This document shows positions 1 to 10,812 of a stretch of 64,000 bases of DNA, in pieces. The stretch is from the NCBI GenBank assembly GCA_963733035.1, contig CAVTBU010000005.1:2560001-2624000 (forward strand), written 5' to 3'. This DNA is from Pirellulales bacterium (GTDB lineage Bacteria > Planctomycetota > Planctomycetia > Pirellulales > PALSA-1355). The position numbers and the translations under genes were made by a program. Numbering within the stretch: position 1 is the first letter of the stretch; each line of letters begins with the position of its first letter. The notes under the pieces were generated by a model. That model was given only the letters and a program-made list of their open reading frames with translations. It was not told where the DNA came from and did no database searches.

Positions 1-387
1 CGTCGCCCAGGAAGCGAAGAGGCGAACCTGCTCGTCAACGAGTTGATTCCACTGGAAGATCTGCACACGCGTTTTACACGCGGAATGATAGTTCGGATTA
101 GCGAAGCCCAGCACTCGGAACGCGGATTGGAGGAACTGTTCGAGATACTTCGCGGGTATCCCGGAAACTGCGAGCTACAGCTCGTTGTGTGCCTGAACGA
201 CGGTAGTCGGGTCTATATGAAAAGTGACAAGGTACGGGTGGAGTTGAACGCGGAAATGCGCAACCGCCTGGATGCCCTGCTTGGACCTGGCAATGTCAAG
301 CTGATCGCCGCGCCTCCGACCCCCTCGCGACCGCAGCAAAGCGGGCGGGGTAGCTACGGCCGCGATCGGGCCATGGCCAGAACCTAG
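1..387 (+). CDS. dnaE: DNA polymerase III alpha subunit, C-terminal end (5'-truncated by window)
   Basis: Frame is open from base 1 (RRPGSEEANLLVNELIPLEDL...LFEILRGYPGNCELQL...LDALLGPGNVKL), resembling the DnaE C-terminal tau-binding region. Confidence 0.7.
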   Translation, partial: RRPGSEEANLLVNELIPLEDLHTRFTRGMIVRISEAQHSERGLEELFEILRGYPGNCELQLVVCLNDGSRVYMKSDKVRVELNAEMRNRLDALLGPGNVKLIAAPPTPSRPQQSGRGSYGRDRAMART

Positions 388-627
388 ACGCTGGCCAATT
401 GCCCTATTTTTTCCGATATTTGCGTCACCGATGCCGCCCTGATGTCGCTCGCGGGCCGGCAAGTTTGGTTGCTTTACCCAAACTACCTAATTAAGATCAA
501 TAGGTGCATGGACGCCTCTATTTTTCGCAACCAAGCGCTTCCACCCCGCGCCGCTCCCTAGTGAGTTTGACTGTGGGGTGGAAGCGTCTCCGGAACCCAT
601 CTGATTTCATTCGGGAGAGCGCGGGAC

Positions 628-1999
628 ATGCGGCTTCGTACTTTCTTTTTGGTGATGCTTTCGGTTGCCATGTCGGCCATCCTGGCTTCCCGTGGCGCTG
701 CACAGACCACAGGCGGCGTCAGCGGCGCAAACGGTGTCATCATCGACGCCGACGGTGTCTTGCGGCTGCAGCACTTTGCCGACCCGGGTGGGCAGCTTGC
801 CAAGAAGCGACTTGCCGAAGCCCGCGCCAAGCTGAATCCCGACGTCGCCAAGTCGAGCGATCTTCGAAAAGTTTCGCTCAATCGGTTGGAAGCCGCCATC
901 CGCGCAATTGGCGAAGAACCAGCCGCCAACCGAAGAGATGCAGTTTCTCGCCGGCCTGACTCGTTTGCAATACGTTTTCTACTACCCGGAAACGAAAGAC
1001 ATTGTGCTGGCCGGTCCGGCGGAGGGTTGGGCGCTCGACGTGGCCAATCACGTCTGCGGGATCGATAGCGGTCGGCCAGTGCTGCAGCTACAGGACCTCA
1101 TCGTGGCCCTGCGAGCATTTCCGCCCAACACGAATAAGCCCCACGTGATCTCAGTATCGATCGACCCGACGCCCGAAGGCCTAGCCCGGATGCAGCAGTT
1201 CTTGTCTCGGTTTGGTGGGCAAATCACGCCCGACCAGGCCGACATGGTCGTTAATGGCTTGCGGACGAACTTGGGCATGCAAAACGTGCGCATTGGCGGC
1301 GTACAAGCAAACACCCACCTGGCCCAGGTGTTGCTCGAATGCGATTACCGCATGAAGTTGATCGGCCTGGGTATGGAAAAACCACCCGTGCGGATCGCCA
1401 GCTATGTGGATCGGGCGACCAGCAGCTCGGCCAACTCGCTGGAACGTTGGTACTTTATTCCCGACTATCATTCGGCCCGTGTGGCGGCCGATAGCCTGGG
1501 CCTCGAACTGATCGGGGACACGGTGAAGTTGGTATCGGAAAATCAGGTCGTCCAGAAAGACGGCCGCCGCGCAATCAGTGGCGGCAAAAACAAGGCCAGT
1601 GAACTCTTCACGACGACATTCACCAAGAAGTATCCCGAACTGGCGGCACGGTTACCGGTGTTCGCGGAAATGCGAAACGCAATCGACCTGATCATCGCCG
1701 CCGCGTTCATCAATCAACAGGACTTCTACACCCAAAGTGGCTGGCAAGCCGAACTGTTCCACGACGAAGGCTCGCTGGCGGTCGAAACCTACAACACGCC
1801 CTTGCAAGTGGAGACGGTTTGCACGGCCGTATGGAAAGGGAGCCGACTGTTTACACCCGTGGGCGGAGGTGTCACGATACAGGCCCGCGACGCCCTGACC
1901 GCCGCGAATCTCCTTCCGGACGACGACGGAAAAATCTCGGAGATTCGCGAAGGAGTTGATCTCCAGAACCTGCCAGCCGATCGCTGGTGGTGGGATTGA
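628..1999 (+). CDS. DUF1598-like secreted protein (planctomycete-typical), apparent frameshift near 905-910
   Basis: Signal peptide plus GVIIDADGVL...SDLRKVSLNRLEAAI in ORF 628..1068 continues as PPTEEMQFLAGLTRLQYVFYYPETKDIVLAGPAE...DYRMKLIGLG in ORF 908..1999. Confidence 0.7.
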
Positions 2000-2058
2000 G
2001 CTAGCCGCGCGTCATCGACAGCCCTGGGATCGCCAACTCGCGGAATCTCTTTGCGACG

Positions 2059-3434
2059 TCATTCCGTTTGCCCGCGCGCGACGAGCACGACTCGCACGTC
2101 GCAAACGTTCGTATGCGTCGGGCCGGTTTTGATTAGCCCGCCAACTGGTTCAAACCAGTGATATGCGTCGTTCCTTGCCAGGAAGTCGGCTGGATCGAGC
2201 GATAGCGATTCGGCCGCGGCAATCACCTGGGCGTCGGCCACGGCTCCCGCCGCATCGGTCGGACCATCTTCACCGTCGGTACCGCCCGAAAGGATCACGA
2301 TTCCCGCCAGGTCTTTCGACCGCAGTCGATCGACGGCGGCCAACACGAGTTGCTGATTGCGGCCACCTCGACCTCGACGCCGGCTGTCGATGAGTTTGAC
2401 CGTCGGCTCACCGCCGCTAATCAGACAGTCTGGTCCGTCCGCGGCGCGCATTGCGAGCGCCGCATCAGCCAATTCCCGACCCACGTCCTCGGCGGCATCT
2501 TCGGACGACGTCGCAGATCGGCTGCGGGTTGTGTACCCCAGCCGCTCTGCCGCACGGACGGCCGCGGTCACCGCCGTAGCATTGTTGCCGATGATGCGAT
2601 TGGTAACCCGACAGCGCGGCGGGGCGGCAGCCACGGATTTGCGCTTTCTGAGCACGGCGAGCACGCGCTCGAAATTGCCGGCCGCCGGTGCCCCGTAGCG
2701 ATCGAGAATCTCGATCGCGTCGGCCGGCGTCGAAGGATCCTCGACGGTCGGCCCAGAGGCGATCAAATCGAGCGGATCACCCAGGACGTCGGAGATAATG
2801 AGTGCCACCAGTCGCCCGGCGCCGCAAGCCCGGGCCAGTCCGCCCCCTTTGATTTGGCTGAGTTGCTTGCGGACGGTGTTTAGCTCCTCGATCGGGGCGC
2901 CGGCATCGCTGAGGAATCGCGTGACAGCCAGCTTGTCGTCGAGCGTGATACCGTCGATCGGGAGGGGCAATAGCGCGCTTCCACCGCCGGAGATCAATGC
3001 GATACCTAGGTCGTCCGGCCCGAGCTGGCGAACCAGTCGCAGAATCTCGGTCGAGCCCCAGACGCCTGCGGCAGTCGGCTCATTCACCCCGGCTGGACGC
3101 CCGGCGTGAAGGCTGATTCGCGTCAGCTTCCGCACGCAATCCGCCGGCACGTTGATCCAGCCGGTCACGTCTTTTTGCGCAGCAGATCCGGACCGAGCGC
3201 GGCTTCGAAGCCGGCCGCCATTCCGGCCCCCGCTTTGCCGGCCCCCACGACAACAATCCGGCGAACGGATGCCAATTCGATCGATTGTCCCGGGATTTCA
3301 AGTCGACTGCCAGACTTTTCATGCACGACACGAACGTTTTCGCGCACGAGGCGCTCGGAGCCAACCGCATCGACGGCAGCTTGCCAAATGGCTTGCGCGT
3401 CGCGACGAAGTTGGGCAATCGTGGGCTGGGTCAT
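2059..3434 (-). CDS. Glycerate 2-kinase / hydroxypyruvate reductase-like (DUF4147 + MOFRL), apparent frameshift near 3170
   Basis: VVVGAGKAGAGMA in ORF 3165..3470; LISGGGSAL, KGGGLA, ISDVLGD, IASGPT, GGRNQ, GTDGEDGPTDAAGA, TGPTHTNVCD in ORF 2059..3168. Confidence 0.85.
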
Positions 3435-3566
3435 GGCGGTCTTCAGCATAACCGGTTTAAGCGGCGACAACAGGCATCCGGTCGTGCCCCGCCGGTGCTG
3501 CTCGCTTCGTCGGCGAAGGGTGTGGTAGTCTACAAATACCCCAACGCACTCATTCTGCTACGGCCG

Positions 3567-5657
3567 ATGCTACGTTATCCGCTCACAATTTTTACTCGCG
3601 CCTTCCTGCTGTTTCAGGTGCAGCCGCTGATCGGCAAGATGATCTTGCCCTGGTTCGGCGGAACACCGGCGGTCTGGACCGCCTGCATGTTGTTCTTCCA
3701 GATTCTGCTGTTGGGCGGCTACAGCTATGCGCATGCCGCGACCCAGCGGTTGCCGGGCGCGGCCTTGGCGGCCGTCCATGGTGGTCTATTGCTACTTTCA
3801 TTGCTTTATTTGCCGGTCGCGCCCGCCGAAGCCTGGCAACCCAACGGCAGCGAAGTGCCCATCTTACAGATCCTGGGGCTGCTGGTATTTACGATCGGGC
3901 TGCCCTACTTCTTGCTTTCGACGACGGGGCCGCTGCTGCAGGAAAGTTTTCGCCGAGAGACCGGACGTACGCCGTATCGACTCTATGCACTTTCCAACAT
4001 TGGCTCACTGCTGGCTCTGCTGAGTTATCCCTTCGTGTTTGAACCGAGCTTGACCATACGGGTCCAATCGCTCGTATGGTCGATTGGCTACGCCAGCTTC
4101 GTGGCTCTTGGTCTCTGGTCCACGGTGGGATTCTTGCGCGTCTGGAGACAAGCGGCGATCCCCCTCCAAACGACGGCGGAAGAGGCGCCGACAACACGGC
4201 CTGGATTTCGCATCATTCTGCTCTGGCTGGCGCTGGCGGCCTGCGGTTCTTTAATGCTGTTGGCCACGACGAACCAGCTTTGCCAGGAAGTGACCTCGGT
4301 CCCGTTTCTGTGGGTCTTGCCGCTCTCGCTTTATTTGCTGACGTTCATCATCACGTTTGATCACGACCGCTGGTATCATCGCGGCGCGATGATCACCACG
4401 TTGGCAGCAGCGGTCCTGCTGGGGTGTTATGCGCTATTCGAAGGACATCATCTCGGCGTCTGGACCCAGTTGATTATCTACTCGGCGACACTTTTCACCT
4501 GTTGTATGGTTTGTCACGGCGAACTGGCCCAATCAAAACCCGCGCCCCAACATGCCACGCTGTTCTACCTGATCGTTTCGGCGGGTGGAGCGTTGGGCGG
4601 AATCCTGGTTGCCGTGGTGGCTCCCGTGGCTTTCAACGGTTATTGGGAATACCCGCTAGGGCTCTTGGCAACGGTCGTTCTGGCGTTTGTCGCATCGCAG
4701 GTACGGTCGGACGCAAAACTAGACCTGCCAAAGCCTGCCTGGTTTGTCGGCGCTGCGGTCGTCGTCGCGCTATCGCTGGCCACCGGAGTCATCATGGGAA
4801 GGCGCAATCGCCTGGTGCAAACGACGCTCGAATCGACCAGAAACTTCTACGGTGTACTCCGCATCAACCGCGAGGAAAGCACGAAGAACGACAACGGCCC
4901 GTTCCGCGAAATGATTCACGGCAGCATCCAGCACGGATTCCAGTATCTCGACCAGGAAAAGAAGAAATGGCCCACGACATACTATGGCCATGAGAGCGGC
5001 GTGGGTCTGGCAATCGACCACCATCCTCGCCGCGGCGCAAAAGATGCCGCCGCGCGTACGCTGCGAATCGGCGTGGTGGGCCTGGGTGCCGGCACGTTGG
5101 CCGCGTATGGCGGACAGGGGGACGTGCTCAAGTTCTACGAGATCAATCCCGAGGTCATCCGCCTGTCGGACGAGTACTTCACCTATCGGCGCGACACGCC
5201 CGCCGAGGTCGAAGTTATTCTGGGCGATGCGAGGCTGAATCTCGAGCGCGAGCGCGCCGACCAGAATTCAGCGAAGTTTGATGTCCTGGCGATCGACGCC
5301 TTCTCGAGCGATTCGATCCCCATGCACCTGCTTACCAAACAGTCCGTCGAGCTCTATCTCGACCGGCTGAAGCCCGATGGTGTCCTTTGTATCCACATCT
5401 CCAACCGGTTTCTGGACCTGCGAGGCGTTGTGCTGGGAATCGCCCAGGAACTGGGATGGCCCAGCAAGCTGATCTCGTCAAAAGGAGACGACTCGCAAGG
5501 AACCAACGACACAAGTTGGGTCATCATTACCAAGAACCAGGCCTTCTTGAACGATCCGCAGGTCAAGAAATCCTTCAGTCGCGACTGGCCGTCAAAGGTC
5601 GAGCCAATTCTGTGGACCGACGACTACGGCAGCCTGGTGCCGATCATCAACCACTGA
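3567..5657 (+). CDS. Membrane protein fused to spermidine-synthase-like SAM/dcSAM-binding domain
   Basis: AFLLFQVQPLIGK...PWFGG..AVW..CMLFFQ start, about 12 hydrophobic segments, then VGLGAGTLAAY, FYEINPEV, GDARL, DAFSSDSIPMHLLT, HISNR, WTDDY. ATG at 3567 preferred. Confidence 0.8.
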   Translation: MLRYPLTIFTRAFLLFQVQPLIGKMILPWFGGTPAVWTACMLFFQILLLGGYSYAHAATQRLPGAALAAVHGGLLLLSLLYLPVAPAEAWQPNGSEVPILQILGLLVFTIGLPYFLLSTTGPLLQESFRRETGRTPYRLYALSNIGSLLALLSYPFVFEPSLTIRVQSLVWSIGYASFVALGLWSTVGFLRVWRQAAIPLQTTAEEAPTTRPGFRIILLWLALAACGSLMLLATTNQLCQEVTSVPFLWVLPLSLYLLTFIITFDHDRWYHRGAMITTLAAAVLLGCYALFEGHHLGVWTQLIIYSATLFTCCMVCHGELAQSKPAPQHATLFYLIVSAGGALGGILVAVVAPVAFNGYWEYPLGLLATVVLAFVASQVRSDAKLDLPKPAWFVGAAVVVALSLATGVIMGRRNRLVQTTLESTRNFYGVLRINREESTKNDNGPFREMIHGSIQHGFQYLDQEKKKWPTTYYGHESGVGLAIDHHPRRGAKDAAARTLRIGVVGLGAGTLAAYGGQGDVLKFYEINPEVIRLSDEYFTYRRDTPAEVEVILGDARLNLERERADQNSAKFDVLAIDAFSSDSIPMHLLTKQSVELYLDRLKPDGVLCIHISNRFLDLRGVVLGIAQELGWPSKLISSKGDDSQGTNDTSWVIITKNQAFLNDPQVKKSFSRDWPSKVEPILWTDDYGSLVPIINH

Positions 5658-5692
5658 TTGCATCGGCGCTCGTGACGAACCGATGCGCTGCT

Positions 5693-8440
5693 TTAACGCC
5701 GCGCCTGCTCTGCGCCCGGCGGACCGCGCTGGACGATCTGCACGGTTACATCGTCTATCGCCGCTTCTCCAATGCCAGCCAGAGCGAACGTTACGATAAG
5801 CGGGCCCGGCCGCGTCGCGGCCCGGTAGAGTGTCACGTGCCTCCAGCCTTTGGTCTTGTAAAGCCGCTCGGCGAGGGCTTCCCCTGAATCCGAGTCGAAC
5901 ATGACCAGGCCATCGGCACTGCCCGTGATGGGCGCGTCAATGCGTATCTGCGCGTCGATCTGCACGAGGTCGCCGGCCTCGAGCACGACCGGCGCGCTGG
6001 TTACCCACACCGGTGGCGTTTCCACGGCAATCGGCTTGTGCTCCGGGTCAGCCGGCGCGGCTCGCAGCAGGAGTCCGGCTGCTCCGGTGTGTGCTCCGCG
6101 CGCTGACAGGTCGACGCTGGTCTGAATCCCTTCAGTCGGGTGTTGGTAGTGCTTCCAACCCGCGGCCAGCATGGCCGACAAGTTCTCACAGCTTCCTTCC
6201 GGCAGCCGGTTCGGCGAACGCGGCAGCGTCGCCAATTGCCGCAGGAATTGATCGCGCACCACCAGCGTGCCAAACGACGCGGAGAGCGGATCGGAAAGCG
6301 GCGCGGTACCGCTGGTCGCCTGCTCCCAATACACCCGCTCGACTTGCCGCAACACTTGCAGCGAGTGCCGGGCTTCGTCGTAGGCCCGTGAGATGTCGAG
6401 CGATGCCAGTGACTCACTCTGTCGCAAGTCATTCTCAACGGCGGTGCGGGCTTGCTGGGTCAGGTTGATTCCTTGTCCGATCTGTCCCAGTCGACCCGCG
6501 GTGTCTTCGACTTCGGCCAGTTGAGCCACGGCGACCTCGCGTGTCAAGAAAAGTGCGCGGCGTTGAATGTCATCGAGAGTCCGCTTTAGATTGCGGATCA
6601 CGTACGGATCGCAAGTGAACACCACCAGCGAGTCGCGCGATTTGTCTCCGAGGACGACCTGCGTGCCGCCCGCTCGCCGGGTGCTTTGCAGTGGTCGCAA
6701 ACCGGCCAATGAGAGTTCGTAGGCGTCGTCTCCCTCGGGAACGCCGGCCACGGTGAAACTGACTAGCGCCGCCGCTTGATTGCCGGTGGCGAATTGGCCT
6801 CCTGGCGGCTGGTAAATCGGCAAAAGCAGTCGGCTGCGATCCGTCTCGAGGACCGCGCCCGTGGTATTCCGTTCGCTCGTATCGGCAATCGCCGCGAAGT
6901 TTCCGGCCGAGGGCCAACGCTCGATCAACCTTAATTCGAGATTCAACAACTCCAGCATCGCCGCCCGCTTGCGAGTCGCCGGGTCGTCGGCATCGAGACG
7001 CGACTCCGACAGGAAGCAAATACCGCGCGCCCGCGAAGCCAACGCTTGGTGCACGAGCGTACGAATCTGCGCTTCTTGCCAGACGGGCGGTTCCACGGGA
7101 AATCGGGCAACCAGTCGCATTTGCTCGACCAGCCACGGCGAGGCCTGCGTGGGAATAGCGACCCACAACGGAGCGCCGGCACGCGCTAGTTGCATTCGTT
7201 CCGACAGCCAACTGCCATAGTGATTGAGCGGTAGGGTGGTGCCCAACGTCGCGCGTTCGGCAAGCCAGATCTTGAACGGCGGTCGCGTGTAGTTTTGCAG
7301 ATCGTCGGTCGCGGCGCATAGAATCGGACGTCCGCGACCGTCGGCCGCCTGTACGGCCGCGGCCCATTGCCGCGTGACGTCGAATTGCCGACTCGTCAGT
7401 CCACTGCCAAAATCCCAGGCCAACACCGGATCGTACTCAGACGGTATCGTGGCACTCCGCGGTGGAGTATTGCGAGGGCCCGCATTGCCACGCAACTCGG
7501 ACATTGGCGGCGGCGGGGCAATCAACCAAAGTTGCAGGCTCGCCGCCTCGACCAACATCTCTGGCGTTGCGGACTGGCTCAGTCGTACCGCATTGAACCC
7601 CAACCGCTGCAAATACGGAAGTGGCTCGCCGCGATACTCGATGATGCGGGGAAAAAACGGTTTGCCACCCACCAGCAAACGACTCTTCATTTCCACCACG
7701 GGCAGCGTCCTCGCGCCTCGCGCCAGGGGAGAAGGGCTGCCGGCAACGGCCACCGTCGGCATACTTGACGCGCTGGATCCGCCCGCCGAAACGGCCGACA
7801 GCGGCACAGCGCCGGTAATTTCCAAGTCATCGAACCAGGCGTTGGTCGTGCCCGGGCCGCCGTAGACGTTGACCAGTAGCATATCGACGTAGGCCTCGCG
7901 CGCATCGACTTGCGACCCAAATTGCGTGCGGAGGACGCGCACTTGCAGTTCAACCGCGCGCGGCAAATTCCCAACCCGCAATATTTGCCAGGCTCCGACG
8001 CGACTGTAAACTTCGCCCCGAATAAGCGTCGTTAGCGGCTGACCCGTGGACGGGTGAGCGCTGTGCGGCAGCACCACACGCGCCACGATCTGCAGCCCCG
8101 GCCGATCCGAGCGCACCCAGAGGCCCATGGTCAACTCGCCAATTACCCGAGCTGGCTGAATCGGATAGCTGTAATAGATGGCCGTGCTACCCTGGCCGCT
8201 GACTCGCAACTGTTCAGAGCGACGGCCCGTATTGGGTCGTTCTTCCACACGCTGGTGGAGTTCGACGCGATGGTTGCCATCACCTCCGGCCGGCTTGAGC
8301 ACCGGCTCGGGCCCCTCGAAATCGTCGCGCAATATCCCTTGCGCATGAGCCCCGAGCGGGGTCGACAGGAGCACCAAGAAGATCACGATGCGGGCGAACA
8401 AGACAGTAGCAAGGGGCTCGAAGTCGCGTGACGGGGCCAA
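5693..8440 (-). CDS. Large secreted hypothetical protein with carbohydrate-binding-like and glycosidase-like segments
   Basis: 915-aa ORF; signal peptide ending AHA-Q; CBM-like ends (DDFEGP...WFDDLEI; AIDDVTV); LLVGGKPFFPR...LGFNAVRL barrel-like start. Confidence 0.6.
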   Translation of the reverse strand: MAPSRDFEPLATVLFARIVIFLVLLSTPLGAHAQGILRDDFEGPEPVLKPAGGDGNHRVELHQRVEERPNTGRRSEQLRVSGQGSTAIYYSYPIQPARVIGELTMGLWVRSDRPGLQIVARVVLPHSAHPSTGQPLTTLIRGEVYSRVGAWQILRVGNLPRAVELQVRVLRTQFGSQVDAREAYVDMLLVNVYGGPGTTNAWFDDLEITGAVPLSAVSAGGSSASSMPTVAVAGSPSPLARGARTLPVVEMKSRLLVGGKPFFPRIIEYRGEPLPYLQRLGFNAVRLSQSATPEMLVEAASLQLWLIAPPPPMSELRGNAGPRNTPPRSATIPSEYDPVLAWDFGSGLTSRQFDVTRQWAAAVQAADGRGRPILCAATDDLQNYTRPPFKIWLAERATLGTTLPLNHYGSWLSERMQLARAGAPLWVAIPTQASPWLVEQMRLVARFPVEPPVWQEAQIRTLVHQALASRARGICFLSESRLDADDPATRKRAAMLELLNLELRLIERWPSAGNFAAIADTSERNTTGAVLETDRSRLLLPIYQPPGGQFATGNQAAALVSFTVAGVPEGDDAYELSLAGLRPLQSTRRAGGTQVVLGDKSRDSLVVFTCDPYVIRNLKRTLDDIQRRALFLTREVAVAQLAEVEDTAGRLGQIGQGINLTQQARTAVENDLRQSESLASLDISRAYDEARHSLQVLRQVERVYWEQATSGTAPLSDPLSASFGTLVVRDQFLRQLATLPRSPNRLPEGSCENLSAMLAAGWKHYQHPTEGIQTSVDLSARGAHTGAAGLLLRAAPADPEHKPIAVETPPVWVTSAPVVLEAGDLVQIDAQIRIDAPITGSADGLVMFDSDSGEALAERLYKTKGWRHVTLYRAATRPGPLIVTFALAGIGEAAIDDVTVQIVQRGPPGAEQARR

Positions 8441-8671
8441 CGGCAGTCATGGGGTTGCATTTGCGGACCGACAGCGCGGCCTAAACGCAACATCCGGTGC
8501 CGAGGGCGAGTTTTTTCGTAAGTCGTGCTTGTATCAGTCTTTGCGGAACGCATCCAGATCAGGTGTGTCCTTTTTTCACCCCGTACCGCCGCGCTTCCAA
8601 CCGTTGCATGCACCCTCAACTTGTTATACTGGAAGGTCTTAGGACACCTCGCTAGGAAACCTCTCGGGTTC

Positions 8672-8687
8672 TGGCATACGGTCTGCT
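8672..8687 (+). promoter_or_regulatory. Putative sigma-54 (-24/-12) promoter
   Basis: TGGCATACGGTCTGCT: GG-N10-GC with TGGCA and TGCT, about 47 nt upstream of the ATG at 8735. Confidence 0.55.
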
Positions 8688-8734
8688 TTCAGTCTGTTCC
8701 CTGTTCCCATGAACCCTAGAGAGCCGAGAGCAAC

Positions 8735-9016
8735 ATGAGCCAAGCATCGCGAATCGTGAAAAACCACAACGAAGAACTGCCCGCCGATATTCTGGAACTT
8801 GCCGATGCGTTCGAGCGGTTGCCGATGGAAGATCGCCGGCGAATCGAACCGCTATTTGCCCGCGTGCTGGAAAGCACCAAGCGCCGCCGCCGGATCCTGG
8901 GTTTGGTCCAGGATGCCCTGTCGCAACTGCGGTTGGACATGAAGTATTTGATGTTCGACCTGGAGGCCACGCGCCGCGAGCGCGACGAGTTTCGGCGCAA
9001 ATGCGAGGAAACCTGA
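8735..9016 (+). CDS. Small helical/coiled-coil hypothetical protein
   Basis: 93 aa, RRRRILGLVQDALSQLRLDMKYLMFDLEATRRERD; purine-rich GAGAG upstream. Confidence 0.75.
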   Translation: MSQASRIVKNHNEELPADILELADAFERLPMEDRRRIEPLFARVLESTKRRRRILGLVQDALSQLRLDMKYLMFDLEATRRERDEFRRKCEET

Positions 9017-9113
9017 GAGAGGGCACTCGGCAACTCCCCGCCGAGGAAACCTGGTCGGTCGACGGGGCGTTGGTAGCGTCACGAAACACCGATGGCGGGG
9101 GCACGCGTGAGCG

Positions 9114-9142
9114 TTGCGACTCGCCAAAATGTGGAATACTAT
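9114..9142 (+). promoter_or_regulatory. Putative sigma-70 promoter for kinase gene
   Basis: TTGCGA-N17-TACTAT. Confidence 0.4.
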
Positions 9143-9237
9143 AGGTAGTTGGGAACGAAATCATCTGAACCTTTCCCCGAGAGCGGAGGTGTCCTGGGAA
9201 AGAGTCGGTGGAACAGAACGATGGAGAGTGGCTCGCC

Positions 9238-10714
9238 ATGGTCGAGCTGTCAGCCGAACAGGTCGCTCAGCGCCTTCGACCTGAATCTCGTTGACGAGCG
9301 CCAGCTCCAAGAGGTTTGGGGGCAAATTGGCACTCGCGAGGTTACGGGCGAGGAATTTCAGCAGTTGCTGCTGCGCCGCGAGCTACTGACCAATTACCAG
9401 ACGAAGCTGTTGGAGCGCGGTGAAACGACCGGCTACTTCTACGGCGACTACAAGGTGCTGTATCTAATTGGCACCGGCACGTTTGCCCGCGTCTATCGGG
9501 CCTGTCACCGCACGACTGGCGAAATCGTCGCGGTCAAAGTCCTCCGGCGCAAATTCTCAGACGATCGCGAGGAGTCGGAACGTTTCGTGCGCGAAGGCCA
9601 GATGGGGGCCACGCTCAAGCACCCCAACATCGTGCCGATCATGGAGGTGCACTCTCAGAAGAGCACTCACTACCTGGTGATGAAATTCGTCGAGGGGCGA
9701 AACCTCCGCGAGTTCATCAAGATTCGCAAAAAGTTTGAGCCCCTGCAGGCCGCCCAGCTGGTAATCGACATTTGCGCCGGCTTGAACTATGCCGCTGCCC
9801 GGGGAATCTGTCATCGCGACCTCAAGATGTCGAACGTGATTGTTTCCAGTACGGGCACGGCCATGCTGCTCGACTTTGGACTGGCCGGTGGTGACAAGAA
9901 TCTTTCCGACGACGCCATCGCCAAAATGCAGAATCCGCGCACGATCGACTACGCGGGGCTCGAACGAGCAACCGGCGTACGCAAGGACGATCCGCGCAGC
10001 GATATTTATTTTCTCGGCTGTATCTTCTACCACATGCTCACCGGTCAGCCACCGCTGGTTGAAACTCGGGATCGCATTCAACGACTCAGCCGCACGCGGT
10101 TCACCGACATCGTGCCCATCCTCAAGCACGATGCGACCATCCCCAAGCCAATCGTGCAGGTCGTTAATCGGGCGATGGAAATGAACGCCGACCAACGCTA
10201 CCAGTCTCCGGGCGAGATGCTGGCCGAGCTCAAAGCCGCCATCAACAAGCTCAGCGATCCGAACGCGGCACCGGACGACGAGGAAACCGGCAAGCCGGCC
10301 GCGGTTGCCACGCTGCCACCCCAACGCGCATTGATGTTCGTCGAATCGAACGTCGGACTGCAGGACATTCTGCGCGAGCGGCTCAAGAGCAACGGTTACC
10401 GCGTGCTGGTGACGGCCGACCCCGAACGTGCGTTGAGCCGTTTTACCGCTGAAAACAAAGCGGCGGACTGTGTGATCTTCAGTACCGGTGAGCTTGGTGA
10501 AGCGGCCTTTTCGGCTTTCAACCGGTTCGCCGAGGGGAAGCATACTCGCGACATTCCCGCCGTGCTGTTGCTCGGTGAGCACCATCTCGACTGGAAGAAG
10601 CGGGCCAAGCTGGCCGATCACCGTGCCGTGGTGGCCATGCCTATCAAGCTGCGACAACTTCGCGAAGTACTGGCCAAGCTCGTTCCGCTGAAAGCTGCGA
10701 GCCGCAGCGCGTAG
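9238..10714 (+). CDS. Hanks-type Ser/Thr protein kinase with C-terminal receiver-like domain; probable frameshift near 9271
   Basis: IGTGTFARVY, VAVKVL, HPNIV, HRDLKMSN, LLDFGLA, RSDIYFLG. ATG at 9238 gives MVELSAEQVAQR, which joins AFDLNLVDERQL in the main frame. Confidence 0.85.
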
Positions 10715-10812
10715 TAGCCCAACGCAGAATTCGCGACCGCGTCGTCGCGTCAATGCGCTGGAAAAGACGGCGTACCTTGAGCTTGTCGCTCGCCTGCGGA
10801 GGCAGCGGGCGA

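Noticed and set aside
3567..5657. Functional link between the spermidine-synthase-like gene and speA
   Set aside because: They are about 57 kb apart with no shared context, and aminopropyltransferase activity of this membrane family cannot be inferred from sequence.
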